Of a stretch of 64,000 nt of DNA, positions 25,384 through 36,332 are shown one piece after another. Source of the stretch: the human T2T-CHM13v2.0 reference genome, Homo sapiens. The DNA lies in the NCBI RefSeq assembly GCF_009914755.1, contig NC_060935.1; one strand, 5' to 3'. How positions within the stretch are numbered: the first letter of the stretch is position 1; every line of letters begins with the position of its first letter. Position numbers and translations under genes: made by a program. The notes beneath the pieces were generated by a model. The model saw only the letters and a program-made list of their open reading frames with translations, was not told where the DNA came from and ran no database searches.

Positions 25384-27079
25384 AGGTGAGCTCTGGAGGT
25401 TGCCAGCAACTAGGGGGACATGAGACTTGTCCTGGGGCACAGAGCAGGGACAGAGGATGCTGTTGCATGCATGATGCTGGACGAATCCCAGTTAGTTGAG
25501 AAGGCAGCAGGCAGGGAAGAGATGGTACCCGGGTTCCTGGCAGGCCCCTGGCCCAGTTTAATGGCTGCTGGAACAGGAAGTAGGGTGACAGCTGTGATAA
25601 GACAGTCTGAGGTGGGGAGGAGCAAGGACGTGCAGGGGCCCAGCAGGCTCTCAGTCCTGTTCAAGCCACGCAGACCCAATTCCCTCGACTCTCCAAGATC
25701 CACGCCTGGATCACAGCCTCTGTCCCAAAACAAACCGCCACCTGGAAGACCGGAGGCTCTTCTGGGCATCTCATCTTGTGCAGGCGTCCAGTTAGATTCC
25801 TGCAGGTCCTTGAGTGGGGTAGAGCCCCAGAGAATATGGTGTCCTGATTTGCCAAAGAGTCACAGGCAGCATGTCTTGCTGGCCATGGGCCACTCGCACG
25901 GGTATGGGAAGCTGGCATGGCAGGGCCTCTTCGGGTGGGGTGTCTCTCCCAGGGCAGTGCTCCCATCTGCCCGGGAAGCCCTGGCTGAGGTCTCAGAGGA
26001 GAGACAGGATGCTCCGAGGAACTTGCTTGCCTTCAGAATCCCTATATCTTGCCAATGCTTCCCTTTCCTCCTCCCTTTCTCCTCGCCCAGGCTTAGTGTG
26101 CTGGTCTCCTGCTCCGTGAAAAGTGCTCCCAGGGAAGACCTGGGCGATGGGAACAATCCCCAGGGCCTGGAAGGAAGCTCACGTTAGGGCAAAGGAGGGG
26201 GGTGATGTTGGGGATGGCAGCCCAGACCTGTCTTAGGCTCTGAGAGTGGGGGGCAGATGTCCAGAGAGATGCTGGGGAGGGGGCTTCCTGGGTGGGGCCC
26301 CTCCAGGGAGAGCAGGGGGTGGGCGAATGGCTGGTGGGAATGGTTAAGGTTAGACACTGATGGTGTGTTGTTACTTCTTAGACCTATATACTTGAAAGAA
26401 AGCTCCAATTTAGAAACAACCTTTTCTAAAGCTTTGGGGCAACATCTCAGATTTGTCCTCAGGGGATGGGTCATTACTGGAGGAAGGAGACTTGGGAAGT
26501 CAGGGCGGGAGCTGGAGGACAGGTGGCTATAGAAGGTCAGAGAGATGGGGGAGGGCTGGTGGCAGGGACAGGGATAGAGGAAGTGAGAGGGAGGGAGGGA
26601 GGGGTGTGGGCCAAGAAGGCTAGCAGAGTCGGGTTACAGGGGAGAAGTAAATTGCAGGGGAGGAGGCAGGGCTGGAGATGAGTAAAAGGGATGGGTTTTG
26701 GAGCAGAAGGGGGAGGAGAGAGGTCGCAGGAGTGAAGGAAGACTGGCCAAGAGGCCAAGAGCAGCCTGGGACTAGCTGGGGAGAAGAGATGTATCTCAGG
26801 GCATTGTCCAGTGTCTCCACCTTTTAGGGGGAACTTCCCTGAGCCCTAGAGCACTGAGGGGCAGGGGTCCTCATAGGGAGGTGGCTGAGAATTCTTCCGT
26901 GGTGGCCTTCAGGCAGGAGCCACAAGAGGCTAAGGAGGGGGCTGCCAAGTCTGCTTGGCACCCTGCCAAGGGGATGGAGGGCCGGGAGGTACACACAACC
27001 AGCTGCTCCCAAGGAGATCTGGGGGGCAGGAGGCTGGGTCAGGGAGGTGGGGGCCGGCCCGCTCAAGGGGAGGACTTAC

Positions 27080-27448
27080 AGGAAGGATTTCATGTCCAAG
27101 CCTCGGTTTCGAATCTGCCCCACCACGTGGTCCCAGCTGCCTGGGTTGGAGCGGCTGCGGCCCCCTGCCGCCCGGTACTTGGAGCCGGCCGAGGTGCCCT
27201 GCCGAGCCTGGCCCCGGCCATAGGCCCGGGGGTTGGGGCCTGGTGCCGAGGCCATGTGGGCCTGCAGCTGGCCCAGGCTCTGGCTGGTGGTGGGCTGGCT
27301 GGGCTGCCGGCCCCGCTGGTGCTGGCTCAGCGGCTGTTGCAGGCTCTGCTGCCGCATCAGGGTGCGGGGTCGCTGGCATTTCGGCTCTCCCGTGGAGCTG
27401 GGGATAGACTCAAGGGTAGTGGCCGTGGACAGGGTGGAGTCCTCGAAA
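27080..27448 (-). CDS. SYT7: SYT7 alternative linker exon, 369 nt (FEDSTLSTATTLESIPSS...RNRGLDMKSFL)
   Basis: aag|T TTC ... CT|gtaagt, symmetric phase 2-2, open frame, CpG-retaining. Confidence 0.92.
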
Positions 27449-28379
27449 CTTGGGGCAGGTGGAGGAGAGGAGAGAAAGGAGAAGCAGATGAAGGGATCAC
27501 AGTGGAAGAGAAAGAAGCCGAGGGCCAGGACTAGGAGGCCCCAGTGCAGGGTGCGCGCTGCCGGACCTCGCCAGGCCTCCATCGGAGCTGTCGCCACCGC
27601 CGTCGCCGCCACTGCCTCGCCCAGGAGGCTGCAAAGCCCTCGCGCCCACCCTGAGGCCCCAGGCCGGCTCTGCCCACCCACCTTCTGGCCCTGGCTCAGC
27701 TAGTGCCAGAATACCTCCTGGCTAGGCCGACCTCCCTGCCGGTCTGAGTGGGCTGCGAGTGCTGCTGAGGCTGCGTGGTGAAGGCAGGTCCCCTGGGCCC
27801 TGCAGCTGCCTGTCATGTTGGAGTGGGAGGGGTAGAGGGAGCTGCTGTGGCCCCTCCCGCTATTTCGCTGGGGGACACCAGGAAAGTCTGCCTCTGTGTT
27901 CTAAGTACTGGCATCCTTTGGAGACAGGAAGAAATCCAGGCCAGTGCAGAGCTGGCCTAGTAATCCTGGGGAGGCCGGGGAAGCCATCAGTTCTTATACT
28001 TTGTCCACAGAGGCAAGGAAGCGGCAGACCTCCACCCTGTGGCCAGCACAGCCTTAGAATTCAGGGTCTGGCGTGGATCTTTGCCCTCTTTTCAGGGTTC
28101 TTTGTTTCCAAGGTCCAGCATCCTCTCCTGGGACCTTGGAAATATCTCCCAGTCAGAGGACTGGACCAAGAAAGAGTGCACACAGGGTGGAACCCAGTAT
28201 CCCCTCATCCGACACTTCACCGCAGTTCTAACAGAGAACAGGGTGACTGTCTTTGATGCATCTGCAAGGGGATGCTCTCCCAAAGGCCCATCAGTAATCT
28301 CTGAAATGCACTGGGAAGTGGGGCAAGGACAGAGAGGAACTAGGACATGGCTGGTCAGATGCAGTATAGCCTCAGAGAG

Positions 28380-28530
28380 ACCTGGGTTCAAACCCCACCT
28401 CTGCCACTTACTAAATATGGGACTCTGGAAAAGTGACTCCACCTCTCTGGGCCTCAGTTTCTTCATCTATGAAATGGGAGTAATAAAATAATCCCCGAGC
28501 TTCCTCTGTCACAGAATTGCCATGAGGATC
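28380..28530 (+). mobile_element. MIR
   Basis: cctgggttcaaacccc...ctctctgggcctcagtttcttcatctatgaaatggg. Confidence 0.85.
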
Positions 28531-28829
28531 TAATGAGGTTGGGCTGTGTTGAAAATGCTGTATTGGTAAAAGCTCCCCATGCCAGTGGTTGGAGTCAGAA
28601 GTCCCTGGCCTCCCCTGGAGAACCTGTCTGCTTCATGCGCTGGCTGGAGATTTCACCATATCCCACAGGCAGGGCCAGAGCCAGGCTGCCCCCAGGCACC
28701 AGAGCGGAGCCAGAGACTGGGCTGAATGAGCAGCTTTGGGTGAATCATTTCTCATCTTGGAACTTCAGGGGTTCCAATCTTCTCCTCCTCTGTCCCTTCC
28801 CTCCACCTCTCAATCCAGTGGTCTTGGGG

Positions 28830-29051
28830 AGGGGTTGGGAAGCCATTGCCTGTGGGCCACATCTAGCCTGCTGCTTGTCTCTGTAAATAAAGTTTTATTG
28901 GAACCAAGCCATTGGCATTAGTTTACATAGTGACTCTGGCTGCTTTCATTCCACAATGGCAGGGTTGAGTCATTGTGCAAGAGAGTATATGGCTTATAAA
29001 GCCTAAATATTTCCCAAGTGGCCTTTTACTGAGTAACTTTGCTGACCTCTG
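28830..29051. mobile_element. MER58A-like hAT element
   Basis: gcctgtgggcca...tgtaaataaagttttattggaac...aagcctaaatattt...tttgctgacctctg. Confidence 0.8.
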
Positions 29052-30899
29052 GTCTAGGGCCATGGGGCAGCCAAGTATCCCCTGGGCTGCCCAAGGGAGG
29101 AGGCCCCAGAGCCCTTGGGAGCCACCTTCACCACCGCAACCAGACCTCAGCTTTGCTCACCCTCTGAGCCTACCCTGGGAACCAAAAGACAACAGTTAGG
29201 CTACCCCTGTGGGCTGAGAGAGAGAAAGAAAAAGAGAGAGTGAAAGAGGGAGAGAAAGAGTATAGTAAAGAGAGAGGGAAAGAAAGAGAAGAAAGCAAAA
29301 CGTAGCTTTAGCTGGGGTCTTGGAGGGGTGGCAGCCTTGCCTAACTCAGGCCTGAAATCCAGGCTACCTCCAGGGGCCGGCCCAGGCCTGGCCGGCCAGG
29401 TAGGCCCACAGCTCCCTGGGGGCAGGTCAAGGCAGAGGGAGGGCGGCACATTGGCAGCTGCCTCCTCCCCCTCCTTGGTGACCTCATTTTGGTTTCCTAT
29501 CACATCCAAAATTAGTCCAATTTACAACCTCTCAGTCACAGGAAACTAAAATTGGTTCCTCCAGGCCTGGAGCCAGTGGATGGCATGGAGGCCTAACCGG
29601 CCTGGAGACTGGCCGGGGCAGGCTGGGAGGGTGGGGCACTGGGCCGGGCTCTCTGAAGGGGTGTGTGGCTTCCCTGTGGGACCCTCCTGGGGCCAGATGT
29701 TGGGAGAAATTGGCTTGTGTGCACTCAAGCCAACTAGCGAAAGAGATCTTGGTACGGTGGCCTTCGGTGCTCCCAATGGCAGGAACCACAGGTCTTCTGA
29801 AGAGAATCAGGAGGGCCCTCAGTTGAGGCAACAGGATGGCCCAACAGCTAGGAAGGGGCAGGGCTGTTGGCCTGTTAAATGGGAGGCTGCTCCATTAGCT
29901 GGGAGTTCCAACTTCTGAAAATGGAATTTATACCCCAAGGGAGACTGGTCACAGCTCAAAGGACTCAGGGCCTAGAAGGGCTCTGATGAGGGGAATCAGA
30001 AGTTTCCAAAGGCCAAGATGAGAATAAAGCTGCCCCATGAGAGGGGATATACTGTCTGTGGAAAACAGGGGCCAATCCTACGTCCATCAGCCAAGAGTGG
30101 GCCTGACTGTTCGACAAGCTCAGACAGCTATTACAGAGGGGACGGCTCCTTCTGCCTGATGTCTAGAACACCCCATGACATCTGGCAAGTGAAGCTAGCT
30201 GGGGTTTGACAACCCAACCTCCAGGAATACACGGTCCCAACAGCCAGTGGTGGGATAGCTCGGTGACCAAGACTGGGACAGCCAACGGGGATGGCTGAGA
30301 TGAGGATGAACCGATGGGGCAGCCTGCGGCTGCTCGTGAGTGGCTTCCACAACAGATGATGTATGGTTCAAGCAAGACTGGGACAGCCAATGGAGTCACC
30401 CGATGGTCAAAAATGGAATGGCTCAACTTCTGGGTCTAGAGCCATCTGCTGGCTGTAAGAGGGAAAGCCTGGGAGCTGATGGGTGATTGTCAGGCTGAGA
30501 GTGGGCCAGATACCCAGGATGAGATGGAACAACCACAGGCCTGCTGCCCATGGAGGGATGACCTGGTGGCTGAGATGGGGGGGCCAATCAAAGAGGATGG
30601 GATGACCCAGGGACTGAAATGAAGCTGCCCTGGGGGCAGAAAATGGAATGACCTGGTCACTGGCAAAGGAAGGGACTGATGGGGCATCAGCCAGAGGCTG
30701 AAATGCATCACTGTATGGCTGAGTTCGTCGTGCCAGATGGCAAGGATGATGGGAGAGTCTCATGAAGGGATGGAATGAGCCAGGGGCCGAGGACGGCACC
30801 TCTGGGGGCAGCAGCGGGCATGCCAGGGGTCCCGCTGTCCACCCTGGCAGGGCAGGCCTGAGCTCATGGCTCCGGCAGCCATGGGGCGCCATCACTCAC

Positions 30900-31124
30900 T
30901 TGGACAAGTTGAGCTTCCCTGCGGCCAGGTGGCTCTGCACCGTCCGCCAGCGGCCTCTCCCCGCCTTGCCACCGCTGCCCGGCTCGCTGGGGGCAGCCCC
31001 GCCGCTTCTCAAGGCGTCCTCTCCGGGTGGCGGCACCGGTGCCGGCTTCTCCCCCAGCCGGCCTTCCCGCTCCACCGCCAGCCCCGCCGCGGCGGCCACT
31101 TTGGCGCCCGACAGGAGGGTGCCA
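30900..31124 (-). CDS. SYT7: SYT7 alternative linker exon, 225 nt (GTLLSGAKVAAAAGLAVEREG...AAGKLNLS)
   Basis: cag|T GGC ... AA|gtgagt, symmetric phase 2-2, CpG-rich. Confidence 0.93.
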
Positions 31125-31588
31125 CTGGAGGCATGCACGAGGCAGCCAGGCCAGAGGGGCACCGGGGGTGGCGGTGGGGGAGAGAGGGCAGGCCATACGT
31201 GGGGGTCGGGGGGTGGAAGAGGAAGAAAAACAATAACAGATAAAAGGAAGAAAGAGACAGTGAGAGAGGAGGAGGAGAGAGACAGACGGACATGAGACAG
31301 ACAGAGAGAGAGAGAGAGACATCAGCACTGCAAATGGGTTAACAGCGGAGCCTGCAGAGGAGAGAGGGGGACCGGGCGGGCTGGGGGTCGGAGAACAACG
31401 CACCACGACAACGGAGGGGGGGCCCCTCCCCACCGCCTGGGGCAGGGGCGGCGGGGGTTGGGGGAGGGCAGCCACCTCCAACTCTATCCCACAGGACAAC
31501 GAAGGGTTAACGACGGAGGAAGAGCGGGCTGTCCAGGCCAGGAGGCCCCAAGGCAGGGAGAAAGAGAAAGCCGTGTTAGTCAGAGTTC

Positions 31589-31658
31589 ATCACCACCACC
31601 ACCACCATCACCGCCACCACCGCCACGAACCACCGACCACCGACCACCGACCACCGAG
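31589..31658. repeat. (CAC)n run followed by (CCACCGA)x4 heptamer repeat
   Basis: Read directly. Confidence 0.9.
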
Positions 31659-32045
31659 CAGCCACGGCAGCACACAGCGGGGAGGAAGAAGCGACCACAA
31701 CCGAGGGGGCGGGACCCAAACGGGCAACCCCATCCTGACTGCACAGAAGGTGGGGTGGGCCCCGGGACCAGCTGGGGGGGCCAGGTATGGCTGCCGAGGG
31801 GGCTCTCCTGCAAGGCTGGCCCTGGGGGAGGGGACGGGAGCGGGCAGGCAGGTGGGTTGGGGCAGGTGGGGTTGCTCGTCTCCATGGTCGGCCTGCCCAT
31901 GGGGTGGATGGGTGGGGAAGTTGGGGGACAGGAGCGAGAGGAGAGAGGGAGTGAGCGGGTCCAGAGGTGGGTGGGGGCAGGAGGAGGGAAGGAGGGCGTG
32001 CGCGGATACTCGGTACATATGATCAAACCAGGTAAAGTCACTCAC

Positions 32046-32177
32046 TTGAGGGACAGTCGTGGGTCGCCATAAGGGGCGTAGGGTGAAATGTTTAGAATAA
32101 ACTCCTTGGGAGGGTAGGAGCTCCATTTCTGCTGCACTGTGCTCTCATTGTTATTCCAAAAGTCTCTGTCTAGATCA
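32046..32177 (-). CDS. SYT7: SYT7 alternative linker exon, 132 nt (DLDRDFWNNNESTVQQKWSSYPPKEFILNISPYAPYGDPRLSL)
   Basis: cag|T GAT ... AA|gtgagt, symmetric phase 2-2, 44 codons. Confidence 0.93.
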
Positions 32178-35100
32178 CTGGAGGGGCAGAGAGAGAGGGG
32201 AGAAAACAGGGAGATACAAGAAGAAACAAGAACTGCAAGTCCTGCGGGGGCAGAAGGGACCAGGACCCCGGGGCCGGGCACACAGTGGGCGGGGCTTCGT
32301 GGGTCAGCTCCTGCGGGAGGAAGAAAGGCAGGCGGGCACCGCAGTCTGTGCCTGGCACACGCACGCATACACGCACACGCACACATGTGCAAACATACCA
32401 ATGCACACACGCACGCACTCGAGGGCCGGGAAGCCACACAGAAAGGAGGCAAGCGGCAGGCGGCAGACTGGAGCCTCGCACCTGGGAAGCTGGTGGGAGA
32501 GAGAAAATGATGAGAGGAGGGGGACAGAGGGGAGAAGGGTTGGGGATGAGGCCTGGGGTGAGCAGGGGGAGTGGGAGAAGGAGAGTGCTGGTTTCTGGCT
32601 AGATGGAGCTGAAAGGCAGATCAGGCCCAGGTGCCAACTTGCTGGGCCCTACCTCTCCTGGCCTCAGTTTCCCTGCCTGTCAAAGGAGAAGACTGGCTGT
32701 AACTGCTATACTATCAACTCTCTCACTGCAGAATAAAAGCTCTAGTACTGGAGAACTCAAGGTTCTCTCCTCTTCCACCTTCTCCCCACTGAGGCCCTCC
32801 TGGGGCAGGCCCAGCCCCTTGCCCATCTTTCTCCTCCTCCTCCCACTGGCCTGAGGGGCTCTCTGGCTTCCTCTGCTCTCTCTTCTACTCCATGAGGCTG
32901 GGCTGCAGCCTTAACCTAAGACTGGGGGATCTCAGCTGAGCTGGAGACCATCTCTACTCCTTGCAAATGTGGCAGCTGGGTCACCCCACTCCCCTGAAAG
33001 GGGAGCATTCCTGGGCCTCTGACCTTGCTGAGGATGTCACTAAGGTAACCAGGGGGCCCCTCGGTCCTTTGTTCTGGGGCCTGTGTAGCGGGAACCTGTC
33101 CTTCTCTGGGTGTGTCCCTGGCCTGCCTGCTGGTGCAGCCCCTCCCTGGGTCCCTGTCCCTTTCCAAGGTGGAGCTGCTGGGTCTGGAAGGGACCCTCAC
33201 CCTGGACTCTCCACCTTCTCCTGAGAACGTGGGGACTTGCAGGTGGGGTGGGTGGCAGAAGCCTTGGCCGGTGGAGGGCATGGCCTGGAAACCCTGGGAG
33301 CCAAGGACAAGGGGCGCCACCAGCTCATCAGGCTACTGGGACCCCAAGAAGCAGGACTGGGAGTACAGGGGGAATAGAGACAGTGACTATTCTGGAAGGC
33401 AGCCATGTTTCAGGCATGGGAATGTTTCTAGGGAAGGGGCCCCAGGAAGAGCGCTGGGGTGGGCCTGGGGAAGACTGAGGCTGTGCCGCTCCCCAAAGCC
33501 AAGGTGGGGCAGTGTGGGGAAGGGTGCCAGCGGGGGCACACCCCACCCCCCAGGATCAAGCAAACATGTTCTTGCGGGACCTGCTTTTTCCTCCATTTAG
33601 AATTTGACCTTGACCTTGGTTCTCAACCTCAGACTCAGGCACAAAAGTGAGAAAGATGAAGAGAGGCTGAGCTGCCACCATAGGCCCAGATGAGATGGTG
33701 GCGTTGGGCATCCCTGCTGTAGACAGATTTCTCTGTCCAGAGTAGACCTTGGAAATGTCTCACAGGGGACTCTGTGTACAGGGTTCAAAGCCAAAGCGTA
33801 GAGCCAGCTCACAGGGGCAGTAAGTGGTGGGTATGGAGGAGGCAGGACAGGCCCCAGGGGAACCTAATCCCTTGACAGAAAACCCCCTTCCCACCACAGA
33901 TGTCCCTTCCCAGCAGAGCCTCACACGAGGGTATGGATGGGGCCTCCCTGCGTCAGGTATAACAAAGATGGAGCAGGTAGCAGCCTCTCTTTCCCGCTCC
34001 CTCCAGATCTCCAGAATCTAGGGCCATCCAGCCCGAGGTCCCAGAAAAAAAATCCACCCAGAGTCACCACTGCCAGACTTGTCTCCCACCCTGTGTTCTG
34101 AAGAGCTCCAGGGTCTCTCAGGTTTTTCCACTGCGGTACTGGAAAAAAGGATCTTTGATTAAAGAAATTTGGGAAACACTGATTCCTTTACCGCAGGACT
34201 TCTCAGAGCCTTTAACGTGCCCATGAATATCAGTATCGCCAAGAGGGAGACAGAGTGTGCAGTGTTCCCCAAACTTAGTTGGCCGTGAGACCCTTGGTTC
34301 GTGGAATAGCTATGACTCATCTGTGGGGCACAAGGGCCCTGACGAACACAGTTTGGAAAGCACTGCTAAAGAACACAGTTTCCCAGAATCCTTGATAAGA
34401 CGATCCTCTGTTGGGGGTCCTAAGCCCATGAAGGGCTGTGCAGGAAGGAGGCTCCGCCACCTGTGACTCCACTGACTTGGGACCTTTCTGTTCTCTGGAA
34501 AGAAGCAAAGGCCTAGGTGCATGCAGACACACACGGTGGCTTCTGTCCCTCGGGGCAGAGGGCCTGACCACTCAGCAGCTTCGGGGGCAGGCTAGGATTG
34601 TGAGTGCGGGGGCTGCAGGACCACACAGAGGCAGGCTGGACGGCCGCTGCTGCCTCACTTTGTCTTAGAGAGCCCTCATGGGCACTGGTCCCAGCCTGGC
34701 ACAGCCTGCTGCCCGCCCTCCCCCTGGTTGGGAATCCTGTCTCCTCTTGTGGGCCCTTTCCAGGACTCTGGGCCCTGCCACACGCACCCCTATCCAGGAA
34801 GGTTATGATCACCTGGCAGAGGCAGGCCCCCAGCCCTGGCCCGCGGCTGTAAACGGCCTGTCCCGGAGGAGGCACAGGTGCTGGGCTGGCCACGCTCCCC
34901 CACGTGCTCCCTCGCCTTCAGAAAGCCCGGGCCTGCACTCTGCAAGAGCCCCTGGGCCCTGCCAGCACTTGGCTTTGAAGACCGGAGTCTGGGCAACCAA
35001 CCTAGCTTCAAAGTCTCCCACAGCCTCCTCCTGAGCCTCCCGCCCTCCCCTAGCCTCAGCCTGGCCCACGCCTCCTCTTGCCCCACCCCAGACACATGCA

Positions 35101-36252
35101 CACAGCTTCTACCAAGGCCCCAAACAGGATCAGTGCAAGAGATGAATAAAATGGGGCAGAAGAGGACCTGGGAGGGAGCCCTCAGGAGCGGGGTGGAGGG
35201 TGGGGGAGGAGTGGAGAAGAGAAGGTGGAGAAATAGGAAAGGGAAGGGAACGGAAGGGGAAAGACACACAGGGGAAGGCAGGGGAGACCAGCAGCGGGCA
35301 GGGGCCAGAGGGCAGGGGGAGGGTGGCTGGGCCTTCAGAGGGAGGAAGAGTGGAGGTAGGGAGGGATGGGGCGCTCGGCTTCTAGGCAGAGCCCTTTGGC
35401 TGGCAGGCTTGGTCCAGGCCAGGCTGAGATGTGGGGTTACCACCCCTACCTTGACCTCTGGGCTCAGCAGAGAGGAAGGGGCTGGGGCCACTGGCCAGTG
35501 GGCACAGAGGCCTCCCCCCCAGCAAAAGCCTCCATTTCCAGAGCCCAGGTGGCCTGAGTCCCCCGCCAGGTGGGTGGGGGACTTCTCTTGGTGTCTCCCA
35601 GTGACCTCAGCAGAGGGCTGGCCAAGGTGGTCTGCAGTGGGAGGGCAGACTCCTTGAAGAGGGCTCTACGGCAGAACAAGGAGACCTGGGTGAGGCAGAG
35701 ACAGCCAGACACACAGCGGCCGGTGGGGTTGACGGGGAGGGAGGGACTGCTCCCCAGCGCTCTGCTCCCCGAGTGGCCCAGACACAGGTGTGTCTGCCTC
35801 CCCACTTCCAGGTCATCCTCAAACACTGGCAGGATCTGAGAAAAGAAGCTGGGGCCCACTAGGGAGGGGCCTCCCCGGCCTAGCAGCAGGGGCCCCATGA
35901 GAGGGGCTTGGAGGTCCAGGGAAGCCGGCGGGTGGTGGGCACAGTGTGTGTGATAGGAGGGTGGGATGAGAAAGCGGCAACCAGGGTTGAGGTGGGCGCA
36001 GAAGGTGCTGGCGGTGAGGGCAGCGGAAACGGAGGCCAGGGACTCCGGAGCACTACGAGGGGCTTGGGCACAGGCAGAAAAGACGGGGCCCCTGAGTTTT
36101 TGGGGGTGTGTGGAGGGTGTAGAGAGCATGGCATCGGGGTGTGGGGGAAGTGAAAGTGTGTGGTCAGGTCTGTGGGGCTGGGGGAGAGAAGGGGCTCCTC
36201 CCACCTGGGCTGCTTGTGTGGCCCCATCCCAAACTAGCAGCCTGGCACCTAC

Positions 36253-36332
36253 TTGATAGCCTTCTTCTCACTGCGCCCACGCCCTGAGTCTGGCGTGCCC
36301 ACCGTCTCCAAGGAATTCTTGTAGCGTTTGCC
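36253..36332 (-). CDS. SYT7: SYT7 exon 3 ([26 protein letters not shown])
   Basis: cag|GGC ... AA|gtaggt, 80 nt, ends in phase 2. Confidence 0.97.

Noticed and set aside
34790-36227. Overlapping 230-260 aa ORFs on both strands
   Set aside because: GC-rich, stop-poor intron with Pro/Gly/Arg-biased translations, non-ATG starts in most cases and no recognisable domain.
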